DNA from: Microcystis aeruginosa NIES-2549
GTDB taxonomy: Bacteria; Cyanobacteriota; Cyanobacteriia; Cyanobacteriales; Microcystaceae
Reading direction: 5' to 3'
Length of the DNA: 32,000 nucleotides
Assembly: GCF_000981785.2 (NCBI RefSeq)
Contig: NZ_CP011304.1
Span: forward strand, 2,880,001 to 2,912,000
Numbering within the stretch: the stretch's first letter is position 1; each line of letters begins with the position of its first letter. The translations under genes and the position numbers were made by a program. Positions 8,991-19,318 of this stretch are shown in pieces. The notes below the pieces were generated by a model. That model was not told the DNA's origin and made no database searches. It worked only from the letters and a program-made list of their open reading frames with translations.

Positions 8991-11900
8991 TTACACTTCC
9001 GATTCTTCTTCCTCAAGGTCTTCCGTGGTTAAGGATTCGTAGGTGGGGCGAGAGGGGGCGCGACGGCCGACATCGACCATCAGATCCACCTCCACATCGC
9101 GGGAAGTACCATCGGGGGCATTTTCCACCTTGTGAACGGCGATATCGAGGCCGAGGGATTGCAATTCTCGCATCAAAACCTTAAAGGATTCTGGCGTACC
9201 CGGGCGGGGAATCGGCTTGCCTTTTACGATCGCATTTAAAGCCTCATTCCGTCCTTGCATATCGTCGGATTTCACCGTTAGCAATTCCTGCAAGGTATAG
9301 GCCGCCCCGTAGGCCTCCAGGGCCCAGACTTCCATTTCTCCGAAGCGCTGGCCTCCCTGTTGAGCTTTACCGCCCAAGGGTTGCTGAGTAACCAAGGAGT
9401 AGGGACCGGTAGAGCGGGCGTGAATTTTATCATCAACCAGGTGAACCAGTTTTAACATATAGGCCATACCGACGGTAACGGGACGGTCAAAGGGTTCGCC
9501 GGTGCGACCATCATAAACCGTGACTTTGCCGGCGTGTTCTTCCTTGAACACCCAATCGCGATTGGGTTTTTTCGAGGCATTTTCGAGCAATCCGTGAACG
9601 GTTAAACGGCTGGCTTCTTCCCCATACATTTCGTCAAAGGGAGTAATCTTAAAGCGTACGCCCAGATTTTCGCCGGCCCAACCCAGTAAACATTCAAACA
9701 CCTGACCGACGTTCATGCGACTGGGAACCCCTAGGGGATTGAGAACGATATCGACGGGGCGACCATCGGGTAGGTAGGGCATATCTTCTAGGGGCAGAAT
9801 GCGAGAAATAATCCCTTTATTGCCGTGACGACCCGCCATTTTATCGCCCACTTGGATTTTGCGTTTTTGGGCAACGTAGACCCGCACCACCATATTAGCC
9901 CCGGGGGGTAATTCATCCCCCTGTTCGCGGGTAAATACCCGCACATCTACTACCCGGCCTTTTTCGCCGTTGGGGACGCGGAGGGAGTTATCGCGTACAT
10001 CCCGTGCCTTTTCGCCGAAAATTGCCCGCAGTAGTTTTTCTTCAGGAGGTTGGTCTGATTCGCCTTTCGGGGTGACTTTCCCGACGAGGATATCGCTGGC
10101 TTCTACCCAGGCACCGACGCGAATAATGCCGCGTTCATCGAGGTTTCGCAGGGCATCTTCACCGACGTTGGGAATTTCCCTGGTGATTTCCTCAGGTCCA
10201 AGTTTAGTTTGACGGGCTTCGATTTCGTATTTTTCGATGTGGATACTGGTATAGACATCTTGTGCCACCAGTCTTTCACTGATTAAAATTGCGTCTTCGT
10301 AGTTATAGCCTTCCCAGGGCATATAGGCGACGAGGATATTCTGGCCGAGGGCGATTTCTCCTCCTTCGGTGGCGGAACCATCGGCGAGGATCTGTCCGGG
10401 GACAACCTGTTCACCTTGATAGACTAAAGGACGCTGATTTAAGCAGGTATCTTGGTTAGAGCGTTGATATTTCTGAATTTCGTACTCGATCTCGCTCTTG
10501 CCAAAAATCTCTTTGTCTTGATCCGCTACTTTGATGCGAATCCGGTTAGCATCGACGTAGGAAACGACCCCATTGGTACGCGAAACGATGACCATGCCAG
10601 AGTCGCGAGCGGCCTGTGCTTCCAATCCCGTTCCCACAAGGGGACGTTCGGGACGCAGCAGGGGAACCGCTTGTCGCTGCATATTAGAACCCATGAGGGC
10701 GCGGTTAGCGTCGTCGTGTTCGAGGAAGGGAATCAGGGAAGTGGCCACCGAGACAATTTGCACGGGGGAAACGCAAACGTAGTCCACTTGTTCGGGGGAA
10801 GTGGTGGAGAATTCCTGCCGATAGCGCACTGGGATAGTTTCGCCGAGGATATAACCATTTTCATCGGTGGCCACGTCTCCCGGTGCGACTCTGAGATCGT
10901 CTTCTTCGTCGGCGGTGAGGTATTTAACGGGGAGATCGTAGCGGACTCGGCCATTTTCCACCACATAACAGGGGGTTTCAATAAAACCGTAGTCGTTGAC
11001 GCGAGCGTAGGTGGCCAGGGAACCGATTAAACCGGCGTTGGGGCCTTCTGGGGTTTCCACCGGACAAATGCGACCGTGGTGGGAGGGGTGAATGTCGCGC
11101 ACGGCAAAACCGGCCCGTTCCCGGGTGAGACCGCCGGGGCCAAGGGCGGAAATGCGGCGTTTATGGGTCAATTCCGCTAGGGGGTTGGTTTGATCCATGA
11201 ACTGGGAGAGTTGCGAGGAACCAAAGAATTCTTTAATCGCCGCTACTAGGGGTTTCGGGTTGACTAGGGAAGCGGGGGTGAGGTTTTGGGATTCGCTGAC
11301 GGTCATCCGTTCCCGAATGATTCTTTCTAAGCGGTTTAAACCTACTCGCACTTGGTTTTGTAGCAGTTCACCCACGGAACGGACGCGACGATTGCCGAGG
11401 TGGTCGATGTCGTCGGTGTTGCCGATGTCAAATTCGAGGTTAATTAGGTAGTCGATCGCCGCTAAGATGTCGGTGGTGGTGAGAACGCGCTGGTTATCGG
11501 GGACGTTGAGGCGTAGTTTTTTGTTGAGTTTATAACGACCAACGCGCCCGAGATCGTAGCGTTTATTGTCAAAAAAGCGCGATTCGAGCAGTTGTTGTCC
11601 GCCGGTGACGGTGGGAGGTTCTCCGGGGCGTAGTTTGCGGTAGAGGTCGAGGAGGGACTCTTCTTCGCTGGGATTGCCTTCTTTGTCGAGGGTTTTTTGG
11701 TAAAATTCGGGATGGCGTAGGGAGTCAAAGATTTCGTTATCGCTCAATCCGATCGCTTTCAGGAGAACTTGGGCGGATAGTTTGCGAGTTTTGTCGATTC
11801 TGACCCAGACTAAGCCGTTTTTGTCGGTTTCAAATTTTAACCAAGCTCCTCGGTTGGGAATCAGGGAAGCAGAGTAGGTGCGGCGACCGTTTTTGTCGAT

Positions 11901-12302
11901 TTCGGCTTTGTAGTAAACGCCGGGGGAACGGACGATCTGATTGACGATGACTCGTTCGGCCCCGTTAATGATAAAAGTCCCCCGTTCGGTCATCAGGGGT
12001 AAATCGCCGATAAAGACTTCCTGTTCGATGTTTTCTCCCGTTTCTTTGTTGATTAAACGGGTGGGAACGTACATCTGAACGGAATAGGTGCTATCGCGTC
12101 GTTTGGCTTCATCGACGTTGTATTTTGGTTCTTTGAGTCTGTAGTCCTGGCCGAGAAAATGTAGTTCTAATTTACCTGTATAGTCGCTGATGGGGGAAAA
12201 GCTGTTCAGTTCCTCGATTAGTCCTTCTTCCAAAAACCACCGAAAACTGGAGTGTTGGATTTCGATGAGGTCGGGTAAGAGATTAAAGGTAAGATTGTTC
12301 AT
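8991..12302 (-). CDS. rpoB: DNA-directed RNA polymerase subunit beta
   Basis: ORF of about 1100 aa with canonical beta motifs ([25 protein letters not shown]; [16 protein letters not shown]; [32 protein letters not shown]). Start chosen at ATG 12302 ([28 protein letters not shown]). The track start at 12326 is a GTG 8 codons upstream. Confidence 0.97.
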   Translation of the reverse strand: MNNLTFNLLPDLIEIQHSSFRWFLEEGLIEELNSFSPISDYTGKLELHFLGQDYRLKEPKYNVDEAKRRDSTYSVQMYVPTRLINKETGENIEQEVFIGDLPLMTERGTFIINGAERVIVNQIVRSPGVYYKAEIDKNGRRTYSASLIPNRGAWLKFETDKNGLVWVRIDKTRKLSAQVLLKAIGLSDNEIFDSLRHPEFYQKTLDKEGNPSEEESLLDLYRKLRPGEPPTVTGGQQLLESRFFDNKRYDLGRVGRYKLNKKLRLNVPDNQRVLTTTDILAAIDYLINLEFDIGNTDDIDHLGNRRVRSVGELLQNQVRVGLNRLERIIRERMTVSESQNLTPASLVNPKPLVAAIKEFFGSSQLSQFMDQTNPLAELTHKRRISALGPGGLTRERAGFAVRDIHPSHHGRICPVETPEGPNAGLIGSLATYARVNDYGFIETPCYVVENGRVRYDLPVKYLTADEEDDLRVAPGDVATDENGYILGETIPVRYRQEFSTTSPEQVDYVCVSPVQIVSVATSLIPFLEHDDANRALMGSNMQRQAVPLLRPERPLVGTGLEAQAARDSGMVIVSRTNGVVSYVDANRIRIKVADQDKEIFGKSEIEYEIQKYQRSNQDTCLNQRPLVYQGEQVVPGQILADGSATEGGEIALGQNILVAYMPWEGYNYEDAILISERLVAQDVYTSIHIEKYEIEARQTKLGPEEITREIPNVGEDALRNLDERGIIRVGAWVEASDILVGKVTPKGESDQPPEEKLLRAIFGEKARDVRDNSLRVPNGEKGRVVDVRVFTREQGDELPPGANMVVRVYVAQKRKIQVGDKMAGRHGNKGIISRILPLEDMPYLPDGRPVDIVLNPLGVPSRMNVGQVFECLLGWAGENLGVRFKITPFDEMYGEEASRLTVHGLLENASKKPNRDWVFKEEHAGKVTVYDGRTGEPFDRPVTVGMAYMLKLVHLVDDKIHARSTGPYSLVTQQPLGGKAQQGGQRFGEMEVWALEAYGAAYTLQELLTVKSDDMQGRNEALNAIVKGKPIPRPGTPESFKVLMRELQSLGLDIAVHKVENAPDGTSRDVEVDLMVDVGRRAPSRPTYESLTTEDLEEEESEV

Positions 12303-12376
12303 TATGGTTACAAGGGCTGATGACACGATAGCGACGGTCGGATATCAGTGAGCAGTTTTCTTTGGTTCAGTTATTT

Positions 12377-12402
12377 CTGTTTCCTGAATCCTGTTTCCTG
12401 TC
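12377..12402. repeat. CTGTTTCC motif pair upstream of rpoB (reverse complement of the GGAAACAG heptamer family at 8753-8789)
   Basis: ctgtttcctgaatcctgtttcctgtc, read directly. The nearby tatcagtgag (12343..12352) is the reverse complement of ctcactgata at 8953..8962. Confidence 0.8.
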
Positions 12403-12418
12403 TAATAAACTATGTTTT

Positions 12419-13201
12419 TTAACTGGGGAGTTGAAATAAGTTGCGGGCGTTGTGGGTGGTTTGTTCGGCTAGGGTTTCGACCGGATAGCCGCGCAGGCGG
12501 GCGACGGTTTCGGCCACATGGAAGACGAAAGAGGGTTCACAGGGTTTACCGCGGTGGGGATTGGGGGAGAGAAAGGGGCAATCGGTTTCGATCAGTAGGC
12601 GATCGCTGGGGACGATTTGGGCGGCAGCTTGCACGGTTTTACTGTTTTTGAAGGTGACAATGCCGCTAAAGCTGATGTAAAAACCCAAATCTAAAAACCA
12701 TTGAGTTTCTTCGGGGTTGCCCGTCCAGCAGTGCATCACGCCGCGAATTTGGCCCACTTGTTGCCGAAAGGCGCTGATTTCCTCCCGCATGACCATGGCC
12801 GCATCTCGACAATGGATAATCACGGGTTTATCGAGACGATGGGCGATTTCTAGTTGCGTCCAAAAGACCTGTTTTTGCTGCTCTTGATTATCCGCTTTAT
12901 AGAAATCTAAACCCATTTCCCCGATCGCCACAACGCGCCGATCAGATCGGGCTAGGGATTCGATCTGATCGGCACTATTATCTCGCCATTTTTGGGCATC
13001 TAGGGGATGTAAACCGACGGCGAAGGAAATTTCCTCAAATTGATCAGCAATGGCTTTAATCGCCGCAAATTCTTCCGGTTCAACACAGGAGTGAACCAGA
13101 TGAACGACTCCTACACTTCGCCAACGTTCGGAGATAGCGGGCAAGTCGGCTTGCAAAACGTCAAAGTTCAGATGAACGTGCGTATCTATTAATTGCATCA
13201 A
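12419..13201 (-). CDS. tatD: TatD-family metal-dependent deoxyribonuclease/hydrolase, 260 aa
   Basis: N-terminal [10 protein letters not shown] metal-binding motif, an internal IGEMGLDFY motif, and IIHCRDA and ETDCPFL motifs typical of TatD/YcfH hydrolases. Confidence 0.88.
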   Translation of the reverse strand: MMQLIDTHVHLNFDVLQADLPAISERWRSVGVVHLVHSCVEPEEFAAIKAIADQFEEISFAVGLHPLDAQKWRDNSADQIESLARSDRRVVAIGEMGLDFYKADNQEQQKQVFWTQLEIAHRLDKPVIIHCRDAAMVMREEISAFRQQVGQIRGVMHCWTGNPEETQWFLDLGFYISFSGIVTFKNSKTVQAAAQIVPSDRLLIETDCPFLSPNPHRGKPCEPSFVFHVAETVARLRGYPVETLAEQTTHNARNLFQLPS

Positions 13202-13248
13202 CCCCCGATCGCTTGTTGCGTCTGTCCTGATTACAGCTTACTCGTTTC

Positions 13249-13542
13249 TTAGGAAGCTTGGCTAACTTTTTGCAAAGCTTTGGCTAAACTGGCTTTTTTT
13301 CTAGCACCGTTGTTTCGGTGCAAGACGTTGCGCTTGACGGCTTTATCGATTTTACTGTAGGCTTCAGATAGAGCTTGTTGGGCGCTTTCTAAGCCTTCTG
13401 GGCTGGGGTTGGCTCCGTAGGCCGAGACAGCGACAAGACATTTTTTGATCAGGGTTCTTACGGCTGACTTGTACGCTTTGTTGCGTAGACGATTTCTTTC
13501 GGAGATTTGGACTCGTTTGAGTGCAGACTTTGTATTAGCCAC
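13249..13542 (-). CDS. rpsT: 30S ribosomal protein S20
   Basis: The 97-aa basic protein begins [30 protein letters not shown], the canonical S20 N-terminus. Confidence 0.95.
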   Translation of the reverse strand: MANTKSALKRVQISERNRLRNKAYKSAVRTLIKKCLVAVSAYGANPSPEGLESAQQALSEAYSKIDKAVKRNVLHRNNGARKKASLAKALQKVSQAS

Positions 13543-13594
13543 AGTCGTTTCTTGTTCTCAATACTGGTATGGTTAATCGGGACACAGACAAACC

Positions 13595-13624
13595 ATCATA
13601 ACAGATTTGTGCTATTTGTTGCAA
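13595..13624 (-). promoter_or_regulatory. Candidate sigma70-type promoter for rpsT
   Basis: On the minus strand: TTGCAA (13624..13619), an 18-nt spacer, then TATGAT (13600..13595), about 50 nt upstream of the rpsT ATG. Confidence 0.35.
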
Positions 13625-13830
13625 GAGTTTTCTGGACAAGATTGACGCAACCCCACAGACGGGGAAGGATTGAGGGTTAAGGGGACTGCTAAACCTAAAT
13701 TCACGTTCAGGGGATTTTGCCGTGACTGTGCCGATAACTAATGGCCAAACTTGTCCTGAGGGGCTAAAGTGTGCTATAAGCAGTCAGACCCTACCCTGGT
13801 CTTTATTCTTTCCGATTAGGTAAATTACTA

Positions 13831-14913
13831 ATGACTCAACCGAAACGCGCCCTCATTACCGGCATCACCGGTCAAGATGGTTCCTATCTGAGCGAATTGT
13901 TACTAGAAAAAGGCTATCAAGTCCACGGTATCATCCGTCGTACCTCAACTTTTAACACCGATCGCATCGATCATATCTACACTGACCCCCACCAGCCCGA
14001 TACTAAATTATTTCTTCATTATGGCGACCTCACCGACGGGACGACCCTGCGGCGTATTCTCGAACAAGTGCAGCCGGTAGAAGTGTATAATTTAGGGGCC
14101 CAATCCCATGTGCGGGTTAGTTTTGATGCCCCAGAATACACCGTTGATGCTGTGGGGGTGGGAGTTTTAAGATTACTAGAAGCAATTCGGGATTACCAAA
14201 AAAGAACCGGCATCGAAGTGCGTTTCTATCAAGCAGGTTCCTCGGAAATGTTCGGGAAAGTCATGGAAGTTCCCCAAAAAGAAACCACGCCATTTTATCC
14301 CCGCAGTCCCTACGCTTGTGCGAAAGTTTACGGTCACTGGCAAACAATCAACTATCGGGAATCCTACGACTTATTTGCCTGTAACGGCATTTTATTTAAC
14401 CATGAATCCCCCCGGCGTGGAGAAACTTTTGTCACGCGCAAAATTACCCGCGCTTTGGCCCGAATTATTGCTGGACAACAGAAAAAACTCTATTTAGGAA
14501 ATCTCGATTCTAAAAGGGATTGGGGTTATGCTAAGGATTATGTGCGGGCGATGTGGTTAATGTTACAACAGGAAGAACCGGATGATTATGTAGTGGCGAC
14601 AAATGAAACCTATTCTATCCGGGAGTTTCTCGATATTTCTTTCCAATACGTTAATTTAAATTGGCAGGATTATGTGGAGTTTGATGAACGTTATTTGCGT
14701 CCGGCGGAAGTGGATTTATTAATAGGAGATTCCACAAAAGCCAGGGATAAATTAGGTTGGCAGCCGTCGGTGACGTTCGAGGGACTGGTAAAATTAATGG
14801 TAGATGCGGATTTAGCGGCTTTGGGGATTAATCTTAATAACGCTGGTGATAGCGAACAGTTATTAAAAGATTTGGCTTATCTTCGCAATCGTTCCTTAAT
14901 TGCCGTCGATTAA
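13831..14913 (+). CDS. gmd: GDP-mannose 4,6-dehydratase, 360 aa
   Basis: [44 protein letters not shown], then GSSEMFG, YACAKVY and [20 protein letters not shown]. These are textbook Gmd motifs. Confidence 0.95.
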   Translation: MTQPKRALITGITGQDGSYLSELLLEKGYQVHGIIRRTSTFNTDRIDHIYTDPHQPDTKLFLHYGDLTDGTTLRRILEQVQPVEVYNLGAQSHVRVSFDAPEYTVDAVGVGVLRLLEAIRDYQKRTGIEVRFYQAGSSEMFGKVMEVPQKETTPFYPRSPYACAKVYGHWQTINYRESYDLFACNGILFNHESPRRGETFVTRKITRALARIIAGQQKKLYLGNLDSKRDWGYAKDYVRAMWLMLQQEEPDDYVVATNETYSIREFLDISFQYVNLNWQDYVEFDERYLRPAEVDLLIGDSTKARDKLGWQPSVTFEGLVKLMVDADLAALGINLNNAGDSEQLLKDLAYLRNRSLIAVD

Positions 14914-14919
14914 AAAGTC

Positions 14920-14948
14920 GGGTGGGTTAGGGAAGCGCAACCCATCCC
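14920..14948. terminator. Stem-loop between convergent gmd (+) and GT2 (-); member of a small hairpin repeat family
   Basis: GGGTGGGTT-agggaagcgc-AACCCATCC(C), a 9-bp stem with one G-T pair. A related hairpin lies at 16548..16572. Confidence 0.4.
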
Positions 14949-14981
14949 CCGTCTTGATCCATCGCCATTTTTACCTGACTT

Positions 14982-15938
14982 TTAGGAATAAATAGGGTCT
15001 TTTTCCAGCAAACCTAGCAATTTTTGCATTTTAATCCAAGCCCTTCTCATTTGCCAGAATTTACTTTTTTCCATTGCGGCTATTTTACTGTCAGCTTCTC
15101 GATAATCCAATTGGGTTTTTTGCAATTCTTGTTGCAATTCTTGTTCATGAATTTCTAATTGTTTAATTCGTTCTCTAGCCTGTTCCAACTGAGCGAATAT
15201 ATCGACTTTTAAGGTGACTAAAGCGGCAAAAATGGCTTGGATATTTTGGGAGTAAAGTTGGGGATGATTATAGAAAAGCTGCGTATAGGAATAAATATAG
15301 TGTTCTGCGGTCATTGAGCGACTCATAGAATCAGCTTTTTGTCGATAGAAAAATAACACTTCTGGGATACGATAGACTTCTCGACCTAATTCGATCAGAG
15401 ATAACCAAAAATCGTGATCTTCCCAACCATAAATTAAATTAGTATTATAGCCCCCCACAGTTTCCCAGTCGGATTTCCGAAACAAACCGGAGCAAAATAT
15501 CATATTATCTACTAATATATCTGGAAATTTATACTCAGGCAGCGGCCAAATTCCTTGTCTATCCCCAAAATACTCCGCTTCGCAATAAACTATCCCTAAT
15601 TGCTCATTACTTTCTAGCAAAGTAACCGCTTTTTCTAGATAAGAATCGGCAATTTTATCATCGGCATCAAGGGGAAGAATATAGGTTCCTTGCGCTTGGG
15701 CAATTCCTAGATTTCTCGCTGTGGCAACCCCTTGATTTTCTGTGCGGATGATCCGGGTTTTTGGCTGTTGATAATCTTGTAAAATCTCGATGGTTTCCGG
15801 TTCTGTGGAGCCATCATCGATGACAAGGATTTCAAGGCTTTGGTATTTTTGTACTAAAAGAGATGAGATCGCATCATCAAGATAGCGACCTTGATTATAG
15901 CAAGGAATAATTACGGAAACTTGAGGAGCATGACTCAT
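14982..15938 (-). CDS. Family 2 glycosyltransferase with a C-terminal coiled-coil extension, 318 aa
   Basis: VSVIIPCYNQGRYLDDAISSLLVQKY..LEILVIDDGSTE...LPLDADD gives the GT-A DxD signature. The tail is heptad-rich (QLEIHEQELQQELQKTQLD). Confidence 0.85.
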   Translation of the reverse strand: MSHAPQVSVIIPCYNQGRYLDDAISSLLVQKYQSLEILVIDDGSTEPETIEILQDYQQPKTRIIRTENQGVATARNLGIAQAQGTYILPLDADDKIADSYLEKAVTLLESNEQLGIVYCEAEYFGDRQGIWPLPEYKFPDILVDNMIFCSGLFRKSDWETVGGYNTNLIYGWEDHDFWLSLIELGREVYRIPEVLFFYRQKADSMSRSMTAEHYIYSYTQLFYNHPQLYSQNIQAIFAALVTLKVDIFAQLEQARERIKQLEIHEQELQQELQKTQLDYREADSKIAAMEKSKFWQMRRAWIKMQKLLGLLEKDPIYS

Positions 15939-16206
15939 TGGGGCAATTCTCTCCTACTCGATCAAAAACTAGGTTATCAATAGCTTATCCCAAAAGTTCC
16001 CCTTTCTCGTTTTTCTACGTCAAGGAAGTGTTGATATCCCCACTAGCAATTTCGGGATAGTAGGACATATTCTGGATAAATCCTTAAATTATTCTGATGG
16101 TTGGACAAAATCACCCAATTGGGTGATCCCCGTGAGGGAAGTATCTCTTTTTAATAGAGGATAAGTTATTCAATAATCCGATTATCGTTACAAATGATCC
16201 TTAGTC

Positions 16207-16398
16207 ATGGAAGCTCATCAACAAAAACAACTCCGCACTTTCCTCTTGGAAAAATTAGCCATTTCCCCCCGTTCCTTCGATATGGCTGTGCGTCTCTGTG
16301 AAGCATCGGTGGGTTCTTTGCCGATGGTTTTATGGCAGTACGGTTTAATAGATTTGTCGCAATTGAATCAAGTTTTTGACTGGATGGAAACTGTCTAA
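16207..16398 (+). CDS. Small conserved cyanobacterial protein (DUF2949-like), 63 aa
   Basis: The pattern LRTFLLEKLAISPRSFDMAVR....LPMVLWQYGLIDLSQLNQVFDWMET matches my memory of the DUF2949 family. Not verified by search. Confidence 0.5.
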   Translation: MEAHQQKQLRTFLLEKLAISPRSFDMAVRLCEASVGSLPMVLWQYGLIDLSQLNQVFDWMETV

Positions 16399-16547
16399 TT
16401 ATTTTTCAAGATAGGACATTAATTATCATTTTTATTAAGAAAATTGACCAAGCTCTAGAGCTGCAAGTTACTGCAATTTAAGTAGGTGGGTGAAATTAAA
16501 TATAAGATAGACTTAGATTAGATTGAGGGGGAAAACCGAACAACCGC

Positions 16548-16572
16548 ATGGGTTACGCTGTCGCTAACCCAT
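16548..16572. repeat. Hairpin repeat ATGGGTTA-n9-TAACCCAT
   Basis: A perfect 8-bp inverted repeat. It shares the TGGGTTA...AACCCATCC core with 14920..14948. Confidence 0.7.
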
Positions 16573-16687
16573 CCTAGAAATAATTATGCTTTCCCACTTA
16601 TTTAATTTTATACCCCTTGATCGTCATTTTGCTTGTCATGACAGTAAGATAGGAAAAAACTTAATTAATATGGCATAGGTTCTTGAG

Positions 16688-17146
16688 TTAGGCATCGACT
16701 AAATGGAACTCTTTCAGGGCCGGATAGAAGTTGAGATTTTCGTGACCCAGACGACTAAGTTTAATCAGGGCAAAACGTTGGGATGGTTGCAATTTTTGCC
16801 ATTGTTCTAAACTAATTTCGATCTGGAATTCTCGGGCTTTTTGTAGGACTGTATCGGGAATCTGGCTATCATCTAGCCAAGCGGGATGGGGATCTATCGC
16901 TAGTTCTCCTGGGGGATTACCAGTTTTTTCGATGATTAATTTTTGCAGAAAATCTCGATAGATTTTGGCTTCTGCTGCCGTCGTACAAGCCATATTAACT
17001 AATACCATTCTTTCCGGTTGACTCAACTGCATCCAATGGGATAATTTTAATTTAACTCCACAGGTATCTAGTTTCATTCTCACGGTCATCGGGATACAAC
17101 GCAAGGAGTCAACAAATTCGGCTTCAAAGTCGAAAAAGGTGGTCAT
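16688..17146 (-). CDS. Nitrate reductase-associated protein family, 152 aa
   Basis: N-terminus FDFEAEFVDSLRCIPMTVRMKLDTCGVKLKLSHWMQLSQPER resembles the cyanobacterial nitrate-reductase-associated protein family. This is from memory; no nar genes are in the window. Confidence 0.55.
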   Translation of the reverse strand: MTTFFDFEAEFVDSLRCIPMTVRMKLDTCGVKLKLSHWMQLSQPERMVLVNMACTTAAEAKIYRDFLQKLIIEKTGNPPGELAIDPHPAWLDDSQIPDTVLQKAREFQIEISLEQWQKLQPSQRFALIKLSRLGHENLNFYPALKEFHLVDA

Positions 17147-17220
17147 ATCATTTCATCGGTTTACTGAGGATAAATTTATGATACAGTGTCGCGGGATAAC
17201 TGCTAATCAAAATGATATTT

Positions 17221-18060
17221 TTATTGAATAAAATTGGCTCGATATTGATGACTAGAGACGAGAATTTTCTCTAGTTCCTGCCATTTTTCTCCTGCAATAT
17301 AGTCAATAACTTTATCAAGATTTTGCCGATAATTGGTCAAGGATATCAATAAAGCTTGACGATTGTATTTAGCCATCATTAAACCTAATTCGGGATTACC
17401 GCCACCGACGCGACTGGTATCGCGAAAACCAGAACTAGCTAAATTTTCCGCTAATTCGCGAATATTCAGGTCTTGTTCTTTCGCACAAGCTTGGATTAAA
17501 CTGGTACTAATCATTACTGGCAGATGGGAAATCCAAGCCACGGCTCGATCGTGTTCTTCGGGGGAAGAATAATAAATTTGACAGCCTAATTGTTGTACTA
17601 TTTCGGTTAAGATTTCCACGGCAAAATTAGGAGTAGATTCAAGGGGAGTAATCAGATATGGGGCATTGACAAATAAATCAAATTGTGCCGCATTAATTCC
17701 CTGTTCGGTTTTCCCTGCCATAGGATGACTACCGACAAAATTTGGCCATAATTGACTACAATTGTCCACAATTGCCCCTTTAACCGATCCCACATCGGTG
17801 ACAATGGCTTGGGGTTTTAAATAGGGAGTTAATTTTTGCAAAGTTGGCACAATTAAATGTATGGGAGTACAGATAAAGATTAAATCGGCAGTAGCCAATA
17901 ACTCTAAACTGGTACTAGATTCATCTACCACGCCTTTTTGTACAGCGATATCACAGGTGGATTGTTGACGGGAAACTCCCAAAACCTTATAAGCTTGCGA
18001 TCGAAAATCTAACCCCAAAGAACCACCGATTAAACCCAGTCCAATAATGCCAATATTCAT
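17221..18060 (-). CDS. tyrA: Prephenate/arogenate dehydrogenase, 279 aa
   Basis: Rossmann N-terminus MNIGIIGLGLIGGSLGLD, the GSHPMAG motif and the HDRAVAWISHLP motif are characteristic of TyrA. Confidence 0.85.
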   Translation of the reverse strand: MNIGIIGLGLIGGSLGLDFRSQAYKVLGVSRQQSTCDIAVQKGVVDESSTSLELLATADLIFICTPIHLIVPTLQKLTPYLKPQAIVTDVGSVKGAIVDNCSQLWPNFVGSHPMAGKTEQGINAAQFDLFVNAPYLITPLESTPNFAVEILTEIVQQLGCQIYYSSPEEHDRAVAWISHLPVMISTSLIQACAKEQDLNIRELAENLASSGFRDTSRVGGGNPELGLMMAKYNRQALLISLTNYRQNLDKVIDYIAGEKWQELEKILVSSHQYRANFIQ

Positions 18061-18065
18061 TAGTT

Positions 18066-18428
18066 TTACTCAAAGATAATTTCGTCTTCCACTCGCCAAG
18101 CGGGATCAACAATGCACAAAAAAATTAAGGGTTCCTCGCCACAATTATGAATATATTGTTTAGCTAGAGGAGGTATATAAATGGCGGCACCGACAGTCAC
18201 TAATTGCACTTCCTCATCGATGTGCATTTCCCCTTGTCCTTGCAAAATATAATAAACTTCCGCAGTTTTTAAAGCGTGGGGAGTAGAAGTTTCCCCCACA
18301 TCTACCTGGGCGTGGGCTAAACTATAACGTAGATTTAACGGCTGTTTATCGGGATGCAATAACTCCCGCAATCGGGTATGATCACCGGCGATGAATTCCT
18401 CGCATTCGAGCAGTTTTCTGATTAACAT
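18066..18428 (-). CDS. Cupin-domain protein, 120 aa
   Basis: Size and the motif pair HAL.TAEVYYILQGQGEMHI ... GAAIYIPPLAKQYIHNCGEEPL match the two-motif cupin barrel. It lies 5 nt downstream of tyrA. Confidence 0.6.
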   Translation of the reverse strand: MLIRKLLECEEFIAGDHTRLRELLHPDKQPLNLRYSLAHAQVDVGETSTPHALKTAEVYYILQGQGEMHIDEEVQLVTVGAAIYIPPLAKQYIHNCGEEPLIFLCIVDPAWRVEDEIIFE

Positions 18429-18532
18429 GGTAGAGTTAAACCTCGAAGATTGTTTTTATTTTATCATTGAGTCAAAGGCTAAAGACTAATAGCCGTTATC
18501 ATAGAAATATTCAGCATCGCCAGAATTAACGA

Positions 18533-18985
18533 ATGACTTGGTTAGAACATAGTGTACAGGTAGAAGTGGACGCGCCGATCGATCTGGTTTGGGATCTCTG
18601 GTCAGATTTGGAACAAATGCCCCAGTGGATGAAATGGATCGAATCGGTGAAAATTCTCGAGGAGGATCCAGAGCTTTCCCGTTGGAAGTTAGCCAGTGGT
18701 GGTCTAGAATTTACTTGGTTGTCACGGATAATGAAAATTGTCCCCCACCAGATGATTCAATGGGAATCCGTGGACGGTTTGCCTAACCGCGGGGCGATTC
18801 GTTTTTATGACCGTCATGGTAGGAGTATTGTGCGACTGACAGCAGCCTATGCTATACCGGGTTGGTTAGGAAAATTGATGGATAATCTTTTCCTCGGTCG
18901 AGTGGTGGAATCGACCCTGCAAGCTGATCTAGAGCGTTTTCGCCTTTATGCGCTCAATATTGTCAATAATACGCCGCCAAGCTGA
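18533..18985 (+). CDS. SRPBCC-superfamily protein (polyketide cyclase/dehydrase-like), 150 aa
   Basis: N-terminal VEVDAPIDLVWDLWSDLEQMPQWMKWI is the typical START/SRPBCC signature. Confidence 0.65.
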   Translation: MTWLEHSVQVEVDAPIDLVWDLWSDLEQMPQWMKWIESVKILEEDPELSRWKLASGGLEFTWLSRIMKIVPHQMIQWESVDGLPNRGAIRFYDRHGRSIVRLTAAYAIPGWLGKLMDNLFLGRVVESTLQADLERFRLYALNIVNNTPPS

Positions 18986-19064
18986 GGTAATCATCCGTAG
19001 TAAGCTGTTGACTATCTAAAGCACTTGTTAAGACTGTCTATGAGTAAGGAGAAGGCGAGCAGTT

Positions 19065-19097
19065 GTACTGTCTTAATACCAAGTTTTAAGGCAGTAC
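19065..19097. other. 12-bp stem-loop downstream of the SRPBCC gene
   Basis: GTACTGTCTTAA-taccaagtt-TTAAGGCAGTAC with one G-T pair. No U-tract follows, so terminator function is uncertain. Confidence 0.3.
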
Positions 19098-19318
19098 AGC
19101 TTATTGCTGACTACGGACGACCGACTCCCCAAAACGGAAACTTCCTACCTCACCATGAAGATAACTGCCATAAGATTTAAGAGCCTGTTTAACTATAAAC
19201 TGGGTACACTCGCTTAACAAAAATTTTTTTAGACAGATCTTGGACAGAATCGGGAATCCAGTGTTAAACTGCCTCGATAAGATGATGTCACTCTCAAAGC
19301 CCTTCACTATATAATCCA

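Noticed and set aside
10452-11030. 192-aa + strand ORF, plus other ORFs of 66-110 aa on either strand inside rpoB and rpoC2
   Set aside because: They are antisense to, or out of frame with, highly conserved RNA polymerase genes. Long spurious ORFs inside large genes are expected from codon bias, and there are no motifs.
13831-14913. gmd as part of the downstream dideoxyhexose/colitose-type pathway
   Set aside because: It is separated from the rfb genes by about 4.4 kb of unrelated housekeeping genes on both strands. The E1 homologue has the Fe-S motif of the CDP pathway rather than the ColD type. I therefore treat gmd as an independent GDP-sugar gene.
16470-16620. Apparent terminal inverted repeats (aagtaggtgggtgaaattaaata / cccacttatttaattt) flanking the 16548 hairpin, suggestive of a MITE
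   Set aside because: The two sub-motifs are each inverted but occur in the same left-to-right order on both sides. They therefore cannot pair as true terminal inverted repeats, and this is likely a chance A/T-rich similarity.
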